From NCBI GenBank assembly GCA_017882855.1, contig JADGOR010000001.1, positions 11,901 through 75,900 of the forward strand: a stretch of DNA of 64,000 bases, read 5' to 3'. A program made the translations under genes and the position numbers. This DNA comes from Cellulomonas sp. (lineage in GTDB: Bacteria > Actinomycetota > Actinomycetes > Actinomycetales > Cellulomonadaceae). Positions 1 to 12,253 of this stretch are shown piece after piece (position 1 is the first letter of the stretch; each line of letters starts with the position of its first letter). The notes under the pieces are model-generated. The model worked only from the letters and a program-made list of their open reading frames with translations. It had not been told where the DNA came from and did no database searches.

Positions 1-1
1 G

Positions 2-76
2 ATCACGGAGAAGAAGACGCGGCGCGTCCGCCGCGACCAGTCCGGCCTGGCGTACGAGGACCGATCGGGCGAATAG
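2..76 (+). CDS. 3' end of an ORF that runs off the left edge of the window (product unknown)
   Basis: Frame 2 is open from the window edge to TAG at 74-76. About 22 of 24 codons end in G/C, which is the pattern of real genes in this window. It is too short for a family call. Confidence 0.35.
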   Translation: MTEKKTRRVRRDQSGLAYEDRSGE

Positions 77-141
77 GGTCGCGGTGACGGCGTCGGCGGC
101 CTACCGTCGATTGTGCAGGCGAGGGACAAGGGGGCGAGGCG

Positions 142-1788
142 ATGACCGAGGCACCCAGATACCCGGGCGGGATGTCTGCTCGCGGCTCCGACGATCGGGT
201 CGCGTCCCTCGAGGAGAAGAACGCGCGGCTCGCCGATGCGCTCCGGGTGGCTCGCGCGCGCATCGAGGACCTCAACCGCCAGCTGACCGACCTGGCCAAG
301 CCGCCGGGGACCTACGCGCTGTACGTCGCCGACCACGGCGACGGGACCATCGACGTCGTATCGGCAGGCCGGAAGATGAACGTCGGCGTCTCGGCGTCGA
401 TCGATGTCAGCGAGCTCCGTCAGGGCCAGGAGCTGCGCCTGAACGAGGGCATGCTCGTGGTCGCGGTCGGCGGCTACGAACCGGTCGGCGAGATCGTCAC
501 CGTCAAGGAGCTGCTCGACCCGGATCGGGTGCTCGTGCTCGGCCGGGCGGACGAGGAGCGCGTCGTCCGCCTCTCCGGAGCGCTCCTCGAGGACGGCCCG
601 GTGCGGGTCGGTGACGCGCTCACCATCGACACCCGCAACGGCTTCGTGTTCGAGCGGATCCCGCGCTCCGAGGTGGAGGACCTCATCCTCGAGGAGGTCC
701 CCGACATCGACTACAGCGACATCGGTGGCCTGGGGCCTCAGATCGAGCAGATCCGGGACGCCGTGGAGCTGCCGTTCGCGCACCCGGAGCTGTTCGTCGA
801 GCACGGCCTCAAGCCGCCCAAGGGCGTGCTGCTGTACGGCCCGCCCGGTTGCGGGAAGACGCTCATCGCCAAGGCGGTGGCGAACTCGCTCGCGCACGCG
901 GTCCGAGCCCGCGGGGGCGACGGGCCGAACCGAAGCTACTTCCTGAACGTCAAGGGTCCCGAGCTGCTCAACAAGTACGTCGGCGAGACCGAGCGGCACA
1001 TCAGGCTGATCTTCGCCCGGGCCCGCGAGAAGGCCTCCGAGGGCACGCCCGTCGTGGTGTTCTTCGACGAGATGGACGCGCTGTTCCGGACCCGCGGCAC
1101 CGGTATCTCGAGCGACGTCGAGACGACGATCGTGCCCCAGCTCTTGAGCGAGATCGACGGGGTCGAGCGGCTCGACAACGTGATCGTGATCGGTGCGTCG
1201 AACCGTGAGGACATGATCGACCCGGCCATCCTGCGGCCCGGACGGCTGGACGTGAAGATCAAGATCGAGCGGCCCGACGCCGAGGCCGCACGCGAGATCT
1301 TCGGCAAGTACCTGACCCCGGACCTGCCGTTGCACCCGGATGACCTGGCCGAGCACGCCGGCAGCGCGAGCGAGGCGGTCGAGGCGATGATCCAGCGGGC
1401 GGTCGAGCGGATGTACACCGAGAGCGAGGAGAACCAGTTCCTCGAGGTGACGTACGCGTCCGGCGACAAGGAGGTCCTGTACTTCAAGGACTTCACCTCC
1501 GGCGCGATGATCCGCAACATCGTCGACCGAGCCAAGAAGTCCGCGATCAAGGACCTGCTGGCCACCGGTGAACGCGGCATCCGGGTCGAGCACCTGTTGT
1601 CCGGCTGCGTCGACGAGTTCAAGGAGAACGAGGACCTGCCGAACACCACGAACCCGGACGACTGGGCCCGGATCTCCGGCAAGAAGGGCGAGCGGATCGT
1701 GTTCATCCGCACCGTCGTCCAGGGCAAGAAGCCGGGGGACGAGGGCCGCTCGATCGAGACGGTCACCAACACCGGCCAGTACCTGTAG
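142..1788 (+). CDS. arc: Proteasome-associated AAA ATPase (ARC/Mpa)
   Basis: 548 aa. It has an N-terminal coiled-coil segment, Walker A GPPGCGKT, Walker B VVFFDEMD, and the C-terminal GQYL tail characteristic of Mpa/ARC. It is the first gene of an arc-dop-pup-prcBA-pafA cluster. Confidence 0.95.
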   Translation: MTEAPRYPGGMSARGSDDRVASLEEKNARLADALRVARARIEDLNRQLTDLAKPPGTYALYVADHGDGTIDVVSAGRKMNVGVSASIDVSELRQGQELRLNEGMLVVAVGGYEPVGEIVTVKELLDPDRVLVLGRADEERVVRLSGALLEDGPVRVGDALTIDTRNGFVFERIPRSEVEDLILEEVPDIDYSDIGGLGPQIEQIRDAVELPFAHPELFVEHGLKPPKGVLLYGPPGCGKTLIAKAVANSLAHAVRARGGDGPNRSYFLNVKGPELLNKYVGETERHIRLIFARAREKASEGTPVVVFFDEMDALFRTRGTGISSDVETTIVPQLLSEIDGVERLDNVIVIGASNREDMIDPAILRPGRLDVKIKIERPDAEAAREIFGKYLTPDLPLHPDDLAEHAGSASEAVEAMIQRAVERMYTESEENQFLEVTYASGDKEVLYFKDFTSGAMIRNIVDRAKKSAIKDLLATGERGIRVEHLLSGCVDEFKENEDLPNTTNPDDWARISGKKGERIVFIRTVVQGKKPGDEGRSIETVTNTGQYL

Positions 1789-1797
1789 GGCTGGCCC

Positions 1798-3459
1798 GTG
1801 ACAGTTCGCCGGGTCATGGGCATCGAGACCGAGTACGGCATCGCCGAGCCGGGTCGCCCGATGGCGAACCCGATGCTGCTCTCGAGCTACGTGGTCGCGG
1901 CCTACGCGGGCACCCAGCTGCACCGGGCCGCGCGGGCCCGCTGGGACTACGACGACGAGGACCCGCTCCAGGACGCGCGCGGTTTCCACCTCGACCGCGC
2001 GTCCGCGCACCCATCGGTGCTCACTGACGACCCGGCGCACCCCGCGCCCTCGGGCGACACAGCTCCGGGAGACGTTCCGGCCCGCCGTCGGCCGGGCGCT
2101 CCGCAGAGTCGGCCCCGGCTGCCGGTCGAGGAGTACGAGGACCCGGGCGCTGCGAACGTCATCCTGACGAACGGCGCGCGGCTCTACGTGGACCACGCCC
2201 ACCCCGAGTACTCCTCGCCCGAGGTCACCTCGCCCCGCGACATAGTGACCTGGGACAAGGCCGGCGAAGAGGTGATGCTCCGGGCGGCCCGGATCGTGGC
2301 GGTCAACCCCGCCCTCCCGGACGTCACGCTCTACAAGAACAACGTCGACGGCAAGGGCGCGACGTACGGCACCCACGAGAACTACCTCGTGGACCGGGCG
2401 GTGCCGTTCGCGGAGATCGTCGACGTGCTCACGCCGTTCTTCGTCACCCGGACCGTCTTCACCGGCGCGGGCCGGGTCGGGATCGGGCCGGTGGGACAGC
2501 TCGCCGGGTTCCAGCTCGCCCAGCGGGCCGACTACATCGAGGCCGAGGTAGGCCTCGAGACCACCTTGCGTCGACCGATCATCAACACCCGCGACGAACC
2601 GCACGCCGACCCGGAGCGGTGGCGACGGCTGCACGTGATCATCGGCGACGCGAACATGCTCGAGGTGGCGACGTTCCTCAAGGTGGGGACGAGCTCGCTC
2701 GTGCTGTGGCTGCTCGAGCACCGCGATGCGGTGCCGCACGCCGTCGCGGCAGTGCGCTCGCTCCGTCTGGTCGAACCGGTGGGAGCGGTCCAGCTGGTCA
2801 GCCGCGACCTGACGATGACGACGCGGCTTGCCCTGGCCGATGGGCGGCGGCTGACCGCGCTGGAGATCCAGCGGTGCTACCTGGAGGCGGTCCGGAGCGG
2901 CCTCGAGGAGGCGGCGACGCCGCCCGACGCGGCCACTGCCGAGGTCCTGGACCGCTGGGAGTCCGTGCTGACCCGGCTGGCCACCGACCCGGCGTCGTGC
3001 GCCCGGGAGGTCGAGTGGTTGGCGAAGCTGCGGCTGCTGGAGGGGTTGCGGCGGCGGGACCACCTGTCCTGGGACCACCCGAGACTTGCCGCGGTGGACA
3101 TCCAGTGGTCGGACCTGCGTCCGGAACGCGGCCTGTACCACCGCTTGCTGGAGGCGGGGGCCGTCGAGCGGCTGGTCGACGCCGAAGCGGTCAGCCGAGC
3201 GGTGCACGAGCCGCCGACCGACACGCGCGCCTACTTCCGCGGACGAGCACTCGCCCGGTTCGGCGCGGAGATCAGCGCGGCGAGCTGGGACTCGCTCATC
3301 TTCGACGTCCCGGGCGCGGCGACGCTGCAGCGCGTTGCGATGCGGGATCCGTGGCGCGGCACCGAGGCGCACGTGCGCGAGCTGCTCGACTCGAGTGGCG
3401 CGGCGTCCGAGCTGCTCGAGAAGCTGATGGGTCCGCGCGGGTTCACCGGCGCGGCCTAG
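1798..3459 (+). CDS. dop: Pup deamidase/depupylase Dop
   Basis: 553 aa. The N-terminus VMGIETEYGI is typical of the Dop/PafA fold, and HENYL and [10 protein letters not shown] motifs are shared with the PafA paralog downstream. It lies between arc and pup. The start is GTG 1798 (ATG 1816 is an alternative). Confidence 0.92.
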   Translation: MTVRRVMGIETEYGIAEPGRPMANPMLLSSYVVAAYAGTQLHRAARARWDYDDEDPLQDARGFHLDRASAHPSVLTDDPAHPAPSGDTAPGDVPARRRPGAPQSRPRLPVEEYEDPGAANVILTNGARLYVDHAHPEYSSPEVTSPRDIVTWDKAGEEVMLRAARIVAVNPALPDVTLYKNNVDGKGATYGTHENYLVDRAVPFAEIVDVLTPFFVTRTVFTGAGRVGIGPVGQLAGFQLAQRADYIEAEVGLETTLRRPIINTRDEPHADPERWRRLHVIIGDANMLEVATFLKVGTSSLVLWLLEHRDAVPHAVAAVRSLRLVEPVGAVQLVSRDLTMTTRLALADGRRLTALEIQRCYLEAVRSGLEEAATPPDAATAEVLDRWESVLTRLATDPASCAREVEWLAKLRLLEGLRRRDHLSWDHPRLAAVDIQWSDLRPERGLYHRLLEAGAVERLVDAEAVSRAVHEPPTDTRAYFRGRALARFGAEISAASWDSLIFDVPGAATLQRVAMRDPWRGTEAHVRELLDSSGAASELLEKLMGPRGFTGAA

Positions 3460-3497
3460 GATCAGATCAGGTAGCCCGGGAGACGTCGGAGGTCAGC

Positions 3498-3686
3498 ATG
3501 TCTGGACAGCAGAGGTCCGAGCGCCACCACGACGACGACGCGGACGCACCGGAACCGATCAGCCCGCCGACGGCGGCGCAGGCCCGGGACACCGAGGTCG
3601 ACGCCCTTCTGGAGGAGATCGACGGTGTCCTCGAGTCGAATGCGGAGTCGTTCGTGCGCGGATTCGTCCAGAAGGGCGGTCAGTAA
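3498..3686 (+). CDS. pup: Prokaryotic ubiquitin-like protein Pup
   Basis: A 62-aa ORF nested at the end of track ORF 2619..3686. ATG 3498 is preceded by GGAGG. The protein is acidic and disordered-looking and ends FVQKGGQ, the Pup GGQ C-terminus. Confidence 0.92.
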   Translation: MSGQQRSERHHDDDADAPEPISPPTAAQARDTEVDALLEEIDGVLESNAESFVRGFVQKGGQ

Positions 3687-3692
3687 CCGACG

Positions 3693-4526
3693 ATGAGTCC
3701 CGACCCGTCCGGGCGGCTGCCGCGTGCATTCACCACGCCTGGGAACTCGTCCTTCCTCGAGTTCCTTGCCTCGTACTCGCCCGCGCTGCTGCCGGGGAAT
3801 CGCATCCTTCCGGCTGGGAACGCTCCGGTCGCGCCGCATGCGACGACGATCGTGGCGCTGACCTTCGACGGCGGGGTCGTGATGGCCGGCGACCGCCGCG
3901 CGACGATGGGGACCATGATCGCGAGCCGCCAGATGGACAAGGTCTTCCCCGCGGACGACTACTCCGTCATCGGCGTGGCCGGGACCGCCGGGATCGCGGT
4001 CGAGCTGGTCCGGCTGTTCCAGCTCGAGCTCGAGCACTACGAGAAGATCGAGGGCGCGCTCCTCTCCCTCGACGGCAAGGCCAACCGGCTCGCGACGATG
4101 CTCCGCTCGAACCTCGGCCTGGCGATGCAGGGCCTGACCGTCATCCCGTTGTTCGCCGGCTATGACCTCGGGCGCAGCGCGGGACGGATTTTCTCCTACG
4201 ACATCACCGGCGGGCGCTACGAGGAGCACGAGCACCACTCGGTCGGCTCGGGCGCGGTCTTCGCCCGCGGTTCGCTCAAGAAGCGTTGGCAGCCCGGGCT
4301 CGGCCAGGATGACGCCGTCTCGATCGCGGTAGAAGCGCTCGTCGATGCCGCCGACGACGACTCGGCGACGGCTGGGCCGGACAGTGCCCGGGAGATCTGG
4401 CCGCTCGTCGCGACGGTGACCTCCGCGGGCTACCGCCGGATCCCGGACGACGCGTTGTCCGGGATCGTGGCCGCGCTCGCGGCGACGCACCAGCGGAGCA
4501 CCGGCCGCGGAGGTGACGCGTCATGA
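3693..4526 (+). CDS. prcB: 20S proteasome beta subunit
   Basis: 277 aa. A propeptide is followed by [21 protein letters not shown], the context of the Thr-1 nucleophile. It lies directly after pup. Confidence 0.93.
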   Translation: MSPDPSGRLPRAFTTPGNSSFLEFLASYSPALLPGNRILPAGNAPVAPHATTIVALTFDGGVVMAGDRRATMGTMIASRQMDKVFPADDYSVIGVAGTAGIAVELVRLFQLELEHYEKIEGALLSLDGKANRLATMLRSNLGLAMQGLTVIPLFAGYDLGRSAGRIFSYDITGGRYEEHEHHSVGSGAVFARGSLKKRWQPGLGQDDAVSIAVEALVDAADDDSATAGPDSAREIWPLVATVTSAGYRRIPDDALSGIVAALAATHQRSTGRGGDAS

Positions 4527-5221
4527 GCATGCCGTTCTACGTCTCGCCCGAACAGCTGATGAAGGACCGGGCCGACTACGCGCGCAAGGGCATCGCCCGG
4601 GGGCGATCCGTCGTCGTGCTCGCTTTCGAGGACGGGATCCTCTTCGCCACCGAGAACGCCTCCCGTGCGCTGCACAAGATCTCCGAGATCTACGACCGGA
4701 TCGCGTTCGCCGCGGTCGGGAAGTACAACGAGTTCGAGAACCTCCGGGTCGCCGGCGTGCGGTATGCGGACCTGCGCGGCTACTCCTACGACCGCGCCGA
4801 CGTGAATGCGCGCGGGCTCGCGAACGCCTACGCGCAGACGCTCGGCACCGTCTTCACGACCGAGGCGAAGCCGCTCGAGGTCGAGCTGGTGGTGGCCGAG
4901 GTCGGTGACGTCCCCGACGACGACCAGATCTATCGGCTCAGCTATGACGGCTCGGTCGCCGACGAGCGCGGCCACGTCGTGATGGGCGGCCATGCGGAGA
5001 GCCTCGCCGTCGTCGTCGAGAAGGAATGGGCTCCCGGGCTCGGCCTGAAGGATGCCCTTGCGCTCGCGGTACGGGTGCTCGGGACGCAACCCGAGGGCGA
5101 GGCTCGGCCCCTCGCCGCGGCGCAGCTCGAGGTGGCACTGCTCGATCGTGCCCGGCCCCGGAGGGCCTTCCGCCGGCTCACCGGCGCCGCCCTGGAGGAC
5201 CTGCTTCCCGGTCCGCGCTGA
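4523..5221 (+). CDS. prcA: 20S proteasome alpha subunit
   Basis: 232 aa. The N-terminus [24 protein letters not shown] is typical of actinobacterial PrcA. It overlaps prcB by 4 nt. Confidence 0.93.
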   Translation: MSMPFYVSPEQLMKDRADYARKGIARGRSVVVLAFEDGILFATENASRALHKISEIYDRIAFAAVGKYNEFENLRVAGVRYADLRGYSYDRADVNARGLANAYAQTLGTVFTTEAKPLEVELVVAEVGDVPDDDQIYRLSYDGSVADERGHVVMGGHAESLAVVVEKEWAPGLGLKDALALAVRVLGTQPEGEARPLAAAQLEVALLDRARPRRAFRRLTGAALEDLLPGPR

Positions 5222-6582
5222 TGGACCGTCGGATCTTCGGCCTCGAGACCGAGTTCGGGGTCACCTGCGCGACGGACGACGGCCGCCAGCTCTCGGCGGA
5301 CGAGGTTGCGCGGCACCTGTTCCGCAAGGTCGTCGCGTGGGGGCGCTCGTCCAACGTGTTCTTGCGGAACGGCTCTCGGCTATACCTCGACGTCGGCTCG
5401 CACCCCGAGTACGCGACCGCCGAGTGCGACGACATCCGGCAGCTCATCGCGCACGACCGAGCGGGGGAGCGGGTGCTCGAGGGCCTGGTGGTCGACGCCC
5501 AGGAACGGCTCGACCGCGAGGGTCCGACGGGCCGGATCCACCTGTTCAAGAACAACACCGACTCGGCCGGCAACTCCTACGGCTGCCACGAGAACTACCT
5601 GGTCCGTCGTCAAGGGGACTTCCAGCGGCTCTCGGACATCCTCGTGCCCTTCTTCATCAGTCGCCAGATCCTGACTGGTGCCGGCAAGCTCACGGTGACC
5701 CCGAGGGGCGCGACCTTCTCCCTCTCTCAGCGAGCCGAGCACATGTGGGAGGCCGTCTCGAGCGCGACGACTCGTTCGAGACCGATCATCAACACCCGGG
5801 ACGAGCCGCACGCCGACGCCGAGAGCTACCGGCGGTTGCACGTCATCGTCGGCGACTCCTCGATGTCCGAGACGACGACGATGCTCAAGGTCGGAGCGAC
5901 GAACCTGGTGCTGCGGGTGATCGAGGCGGGAGTTCCGATGCGGGACCTCTCGCTCGAGAACCCGATGCGGGCGATCCGCGAGATCAGCCACGACATCTCG
6001 GGTGCCCATCCGGTCACCCTGGCGAACGGTCGAACGATGACCGCGATCGACATCCAGGAGGAGTACCTGAGTCGAGTGACCGAGTTCCTGGAGACGCACC
6101 AGGACGACCGGCCCGTCACGGCGCGCGTGCTCGAGCTCTGGGGACGCGGTCTGCGCGCGCTGCGCACCGGGGACCTCTCCCTGGTCTCGCGGGAGCTCGA
6201 CTGGGTGATCAAGCACGACCTGATCGAGCGGTATCGCGCCAAGCATGGTCTGGCGCTCGGCGACGTCCGGGTCTCGCGGCTCGACCTGGCGTATCACGAC
6301 ATCTCGCGGACCGAGGGCCTGTTCAATCTCCTCGCCGCGCGTGGCCTGGTCGATCGGGTGGTCACCGACCTCGAGGTCTTCGAGGCCACGGTGGTCCCGC
6401 CCCAGACCACCCGGGCAAAGCTCCGTGGCGACTTCGTACGCCGGGCCCAAGAGACGCGGCGCGACTACACGGTCGACTGGGTGCATCTCAAGCTGAACGA
6501 CCAGGCCCAGCGCACGGTGCTCTGCAAGGACCCGTTCAAGAGTGTGGACGAGCGCGTCGAGCGCCTCATCGACTCGATGTAG
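5221..6582 (+). CDS. pafA: Pup-protein ligase PafA
   Basis: The protein begins [14 protein letters not shown] at ATG 5221, which overlaps the prcA stop. HENYL and [10 protein letters not shown] motifs are present. The upstream extension of track ORF 5026..6582 overlaps prcA and was rejected. Confidence 0.93.
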   Translation: MDRRIFGLETEFGVTCATDDGRQLSADEVARHLFRKVVAWGRSSNVFLRNGSRLYLDVGSHPEYATAECDDIRQLIAHDRAGERVLEGLVVDAQERLDREGPTGRIHLFKNNTDSAGNSYGCHENYLVRRQGDFQRLSDILVPFFISRQILTGAGKLTVTPRGATFSLSQRAEHMWEAVSSATTRSRPIINTRDEPHADAESYRRLHVIVGDSSMSETTTMLKVGATNLVLRVIEAGVPMRDLSLENPMRAIREISHDISGAHPVTLANGRTMTAIDIQEEYLSRVTEFLETHQDDRPVTARVLELWGRGLRALRTGDLSLVSRELDWVIKHDLIERYRAKHGLALGDVRVSRLDLAYHDISRTEGLFNLLAARGLVDRVVTDLEVFEATVVPPQTTRAKLRGDFVRRAQETRRDYTVDWVHLKLNDQAQRTVLCKDPFKSVDERVERLIDSM

Positions 6583-6673
6583 CCGGGAGCGATGCGGTCG
6601 GCGCAGCACGTACAGTTGCGGGGTGCCGGGACCCCGTCCCGACCCGCACCGGCTGATCCAGGAGAGGACGACT

Positions 6674-7591
6674 GTGCGCCGACTGATCGGTGTCACCGCT
6701 GTGTTGATGCTGCTGCTGGCCGGTTGCAGCAGCGCCTCCGGCAGTGTCGACACGGTCGCGGTGACCGGTGCGGCGGGGACCGTGCCGACGCTCGAGTTCA
6801 AGCACCCCCTGACCGTGCGGCATCCCGAGACGCGCGAGATCTGGGCCGGGAACGGCCCCACCCTGGGCGACGGCGCATCGGTGCTGATGAACTACATCGC
6901 CGAGGACGCCCAGAACGGCGACCTCGTCGGTGAGACCTATTCGACCGGCCCGCTGCCGATGGCTGTGACGCTCGATGCCCTCGGGCAGGACCTGTACGAC
7001 GCCATCAAGGGTCGCCGCGTCGGTACTCGCCTCGTTCACGTGACGCCAGCGGCGTCGAACGACGAATCCGCGCTGGTGGTCGTGATCGACCTGCTGCCCA
7101 CGCGCGCCAGCGGCGAGCCCGTCGCGCCCCGCCCGGAGCTCCCGGTGGTCACCCTGGCGGGCGACGGTGCTCCGACGATCACGGTCCCGTCGTCGCCGCC
7201 GCCGACCAGCCTCGTGGTGCAACCGCTGATCAAGGGCCTGGGTCAGCAGGTGGCTTCGGGCCAGAGCCTCGTCGTCCAGTACACCGGCGTGGACTGGGCC
7301 GACGGCTCGGTGGTGGACACGACATGGGCGGCGGGCAAGGGTCCGTTCACGACGGAGATCGGCCTCGGGAAGGTGATCCAGGGTTGGGACGAGGGCCTGG
7401 TCGAGCAGACCGTCGGTAGCCAGGTGCTGCTCGTCATCCCACCGACGCTCGGGTACGGCGACAAGACGCTCGTCTTCGTGGTGGACATCCTGGCGGCGGC
7501 CGGGAAGCCTGTCCCCGCGTCCACGGCGACGGCAACGGCTCCGCCGACGCCGGGCCCGACTCCGTCCGCGACCCCGACGGCCGCCGGCTGA
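6674..7591 (+). CDS. FKBP-type peptidyl-prolyl cis-trans isomerase, lipoprotein
   Basis: GTG 6674 is preceded by AGGAGAGG. The signal peptide carries the lipobox LLAGC. The C-terminal FKBP core reads [19 protein letters not shown]...[11 protein letters not shown]...[10 protein letters not shown], followed by a Pro/Thr-rich tail. Confidence 0.85.
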   Translation: MRRLIGVTAVLMLLLAGCSSASGSVDTVAVTGAAGTVPTLEFKHPLTVRHPETREIWAGNGPTLGDGASVLMNYIAEDAQNGDLVGETYSTGPLPMAVTLDALGQDLYDAIKGRRVGTRLVHVTPAASNDESALVVVIDLLPTRASGEPVAPRPELPVVTLAGDGAPTITVPSSPPPTSLVVQPLIKGLGQQVASGQSLVVQYTGVDWADGSVVDTTWAAGKGPFTTEIGLGKVIQGWDEGLVEQTVGSQVLLVIPPTLGYGDKTLVFVVDILAAAGKPVPASTATATAPPTPGPTPSATPTAAG

Positions 7592-7602
7592 GCGGGGCGA
7601 CG

Positions 7603-8373
<771 letters not shown>

Positions 8374-8458
8374 CCCGAAGTGGAGCGTTGCGGGTGCCGC
8401 GCGGGCCGGCCGGTTCGCCGGGTCGGTGCGTTGGCAGCGGGTGCGATTCTGACGGGAC

Positions 8459-10357
8459 TTGTCCGGGGAGGGTGCGGTGCGCGGGGCTGCAGGCGCTGAA
8501 TCGGTCCTCGCGGACGAACGAGCCGGGACCTGGCGGCGGTCGCTCGACCTGATCGGCCGGGGGTTGCGCGCCGAGCCCGGGTCGTTCGCGGTGGCGATCC
8601 TCGGCAGCGCTCTCTGGGGCGGTGCGACGGTGCTCTCGGGCTGGCTGCTCGGGCGCGCGAGCGAGCAAGTGATCGTTCCCGCCCTGTCGGGCAAGGAGGT
8701 CTCGCCCGGAGAGGTCTGGCGCACCGGGTTGGTGCTGCTGGCGGTTGGCATCGTGACCGCTCTGGGCGTGGTGGTCCGGCGGGTGTACGCCGGGATCGCC
8801 GTCTTCGACGTGCAGGCCGGGCACCGCCGGGCGGTCACCCGCCAGTACCTGCGCCTGCCGGTGTCCTGGCACCGGCAGCACCCGACCGGTCAGCTGTTGT
8901 CCAATGCGAGCAGCGACGCGGAAGCCGCGGCCAGTGTGTTCAACCCGCTGCCGTGGTCGATCGGCGTCGTGGTGATGATCGTGGTCGCCGGCGTCGCGAT
9001 GATCGCCGCCGATCCGGTCCTGGGCGTCACCGGTCTCGGCATGCTGCCCGCCATCGCCGCCGTGAACTGGGTCTACCAGCGCCGGATGTCACCCGCGGTC
9101 GCCAGGGCGCAGCAGCGGCGCGCCGAGGTGTCTGACGCAGCGCACGAGAGCTTCGAGGCGTCGCTCGTGGTGAAGTCCCTCGGGACGGAGGCGCGCGAGA
9201 GTGAGCGGTTTGCCGGGCACGTGACCCGGCTGCGCGACGCGAACGTCCAGCAGGGATACGTGCGTTCGGTGTTCGAACCTGTGATGGACCTGCTGCCGAG
9301 CCTCGGCACCCTGTCGGTGCTCGCGGTCGGCGCCCAACGGGTGGCGAGCGGTGCCGTGGGTTCGGGAGCCGTGGTGACGACGGCCTATCTCGTCGGGGTG
9401 ATGGCGTTCCCGGTGCGCGCCATCGGCTTCCTGCTGGGCGAGCTGCCCCGGAGCCTCGTCGGTTGGGACCGGGTGTCTCGGGTTCTACGGGCGACCGGGG
9501 CGCCGGCGTCCGGTCCTGGGGACGTCCCCGGCGTCGGTGGGCTGGCGGTCGAGCTGGTCGACGTGACGGTCGAGATCCAGGGACCCGGGCAGACGCAACC
9601 GGCGGTGCTGCTCGCTGACGTCTCGGTGACGCTGGCTGCGGGCCGGACCATTGCGATCGTCGGCCCGACCGGCTCCGGGAAGTCCACCCTGGCCCATGTT
9701 CTGGCCCGCCTGGTCGACCCGACCCGGGGTCGGGTGCTGCTCGACGGGGTGGACGCACGAGACCTGTCCGAGCCGGCGCGGACCAAGGCCGTCGCTCTGG
9801 TGACGCAGAGCACCTTCGTCTTCGACGACACGGTGCGCGGAAACGTGACCCTGGCCGACGCCGATGACCCGGCCGCACCAGATGATCAGGCGGTGGTCCG
9901 AGCGCTGCGCCGAGCCCAGGCCGAGGAGTTCGTCGCCGAGCTCGCCCAGGGCATCGACACCCCGGTCGGCGAGCGCGGCGCGAACCTGTCCGGTGGCCAG
10001 CGGCAACGGATCGCCCTCGCGCGCGCCCTGGTCCGCCAGCCCCGGCTGCTCATCCTCGACGACGCGACGTCCGCGGTCGACCCGCAGGTGGAGGGCAGGA
10101 TCCTCACGGCACTGCGCTCGGAGGGTTCGACCGCGACCGTGGTCCTCATCGCCTACCGGTTGGCGACCATCCTGCTGGCCGACGAGGTCGTCCATCTCGA
10201 CCGGGGGCGGGTGGTCGACCGGGGCAGCCATGACGAGCTGATGGCGCGCGACAGCGGTTACCGCGCGCTCGCCACGGCCTACCTCGAAGCCGCGGCCCTG
10301 CGCGCGGAGCAGGTCGAGCTCGCCGCCGACGACGCAGCGGCCGGGAGCGAGACGTGA
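8459..10357 (+). CDS. ABC exporter half-transporter (TMD-NBD) with a degenerate NBD
   Basis: About 630 aa. It has a six-helix N-terminal domain, Walker A GPTGSGKST and signature LSGGQRQR. Walker B is LLILDD (Asp in place of the catalytic Glu) and the H-loop is IAYR (Tyr in place of His). The start is uncertain: TTG 8459 or GTG 8477. Confidence 0.85.
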   Translation: MSGEGAVRGAAGAESVLADERAGTWRRSLDLIGRGLRAEPGSFAVAILGSALWGGATVLSGWLLGRASEQVIVPALSGKEVSPGEVWRTGLVLLAVGIVTALGVVVRRVYAGIAVFDVQAGHRRAVTRQYLRLPVSWHRQHPTGQLLSNASSDAEAAASVFNPLPWSIGVVVMIVVAGVAMIAADPVLGVTGLGMLPAIAAVNWVYQRRMSPAVARAQQRRAEVSDAAHESFEASLVVKSLGTEARESERFAGHVTRLRDANVQQGYVRSVFEPVMDLLPSLGTLSVLAVGAQRVASGAVGSGAVVTTAYLVGVMAFPVRAIGFLLGELPRSLVGWDRVSRVLRATGAPASGPGDVPGVGGLAVELVDVTVEIQGPGQTQPAVLLADVSVTLAAGRTIAIVGPTGSGKSTLAHVLARLVDPTRGRVLLDGVDARDLSEPARTKAVALVTQSTFVFDDTVRGNVTLADADDPAAPDDQAVVRALRRAQAEEFVAELAQGIDTPVGERGANLSGGQRQRIALARALVRQPRLLILDDATSAVDPQVEGRILTALRSEGSTATVVLIAYRLATILLADEVVHLDRGRVVDRGSHDELMARDSGYRALATAYLEAAALRAEQVELAADDAAAGSET

Positions 10358-12207
10358 ACCGGGCTCGGGAGCGAGACGTGAAGCAGGCCTCGGACCGCGG
10401 AGACGCGGAGCGGCCACCGACCGTGGGTTCGGGCCGGATCGCAACAGCGAGCGAGCTCGGCGTCCTGGCCACCGTTCGCCGCGGCCTCGCGCTCTCACCG
10501 GAGATGACCCGCGGCGGCATCGTGACCGTGCTGCTTGCGCTGGTTGCCGCCGGGGGCCGGCTCGTCGTGCCCGTCATGGTTCAGCAGACGATGGACACCG
10601 GGATCGGAGCCGCCGGGGGGCCGGACCTGCGCCGGGTGGTCCAGCTCCTCTCGGTCGGCGTGCTCCTGGTGCTGCTCACCGCGTGGTGTTCCGCCTGGGC
10701 GAGCCGCCGCATCTTCCGCGGCACCGAGGCGGGCCTGGCCAGCCTGCGGGTGCGGGCCTTCGACCACGTGCACCGGCTGTCGATCCTGACCCAGGGCACG
10801 GACCGCCGCGGCGCTCTGGTCTCCCGCGTGACGACGGACGTCGACACGATCTCAACCTTCGCTCAGTCGGGTGGCATGAGTCTGATCGTCTCGTCGGGAC
10901 AGATCCTCGCCGCGACTGTCGCGATGCTCGTGTACTCGTGGCAGCTGGCGGTGCTCGTCCTGCTCTGCTTCCTGCCGATGGTCTGGCTGGCGCCCTGGGC
11001 GCAGCGACTGGTCGGGGAGGCGTACCGAGAGGTCCGGTCAAGGATCGGGGGGATGCTCGCGGCCGTCTCTGAGGCGGTCGTGGGTGCCGAGACGATCCGG
11101 GTCTTCGGCGTCGCCGCCCAGACCCAGTCCCGCATCGACGCCGCGATCAGCAGTCATCGGGACGCGGCCGTGCGGGCGCAGCGGCGGGTAGCGGTGGCGT
11201 TCTCGACCGGGGTGCTGGCCTCGGCGGCGGCGGTCGCCGTCGTCGTGGTGGCCGGGACGCTGCTCGGGATGGCCGGACGGGTGAGCGTCGGGGCGGTGCT
11301 GGCATTCGTATTCCTTGTCCAGGTGCTGACCGGGCCGGTGATGACCGCAACCGAGGTGCTCAACGAGCTCCAGAACGCGGTGGCCGGCTGGCGCCGCGTC
11401 CTTGCGATCCTCGAGTCACCGGTGGACATCGAGGAGCCTGCACCCGACGTGGCAGTCCGGACGGCCCGCGGCCCGGCTGCGCTGAGTCTCGCCGGTGTCG
11501 GCTTCCGGTACCCGGGCGGGCCGCTGGTCCTGCACGAGATCGACCTGACGATCCCGCCAGGTACTCGGGTCGCGGTGGTGGGGGAGACCGGCTCCGGGAA
11601 GACGACCCTCGCCCGGTTGATCATGCGGCTGGTCGACCCGGCGGCGGGGCGGGTCATGCTCGACGGTGTCGACGTGCACCGGATCCCGATCGACAACTTG
11701 CGTGACCGGGTGGTGCTGGTGCCGCAGGAGGGCTTCCTCTTCGCGGGATCGCTCGCCGACAACCTCGGCTACGGGCGGCGGCCGGTCACCCGCTCCCGGA
11801 TCGAGCAGGCGGTCCGGGACCTCGGGCTCGAGGCCTGGGTCGGTTCGCTCGCGGGCGGTCTGGACGCCCCGGTCGGGCAGCGTGGCGAGTCCCTGTCCGC
11901 TGGCGAGCGGCAGCTCGTCGCGATCGTGCGGGCCTACCTGGCCGATCCGGACCTGCTCGTGCTGGACGAGGCCACCTCGGCGGTGGACCCGGTCACGGAG
12001 CTGCGCACATCGCACGCGCTCCATTCGCTCACCGAGGGTCGGAGCTCGATCGTGATCGCGCACCGGTTGTCGACGGCGGAAGGAGCCGACCTCGTCGTCG
12101 TCGTGCACCAGGGCCGGATCGTCGAGACCGGCACGCACGCCGAGCTCGTCCGCGCCGGCGGCGTGTATTCGCAGATGCACGCGTCGTGGGTCGAGCAGAC
12201 GCACTGA
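10354..12207 (+). CDS. ABC exporter half-transporter (TMD-NBD) with a consensus NBD
   Basis: About 617 aa. It has Walker [10 protein letters not shown], Walker B LLVLDE and H-loop IAHR, but a degenerate signature LSAGERQ. It overlaps the previous gene by 4 nt. An in-frame alternative GTG at 10378 was created by a 24-bp duplication. Confidence 0.85.
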   Translation: MNRARERDVKQASDRGDAERPPTVGSGRIATASELGVLATVRRGLALSPEMTRGGIVTVLLALVAAGGRLVVPVMVQQTMDTGIGAAGGPDLRRVVQLLSVGVLLVLLTAWCSAWASRRIFRGTEAGLASLRVRAFDHVHRLSILTQGTDRRGALVSRVTTDVDTISTFAQSGGMSLIVSSGQILAATVAMLVYSWQLAVLVLLCFLPMVWLAPWAQRLVGEAYREVRSRIGGMLAAVSEAVVGAETIRVFGVAAQTQSRIDAAISSHRDAAVRAQRRVAVAFSTGVLASAAAVAVVVVAGTLLGMAGRVSVGAVLAFVFLVQVLTGPVMTATEVLNELQNAVAGWRRVLAILESPVDIEEPAPDVAVRTARGPAALSLAGVGFRYPGGPLVLHEIDLTIPPGTRVAVVGETGSGKTTLARLIMRLVDPAAGRVMLDGVDVHRIPIDNLRDRVVLVPQEGFLFAGSLADNLGYGRRPVTRSRIEQAVRDLGLEAWVGSLAGGLDAPVGQRGESLSAGERQLVAIVRAYLADPDLLVLDEATSAVDPVTELRTSHALHSLTEGRSSIVIAHRLSTAEGADLVVVVHQGRIVETGTHAELVRAGGVYSQMHASWVEQTH

Positions 12208-12253
12208 TCGAACTCGCCCGGAACGACCGGCCGACGTCCGCTGGGCGAGAAAG

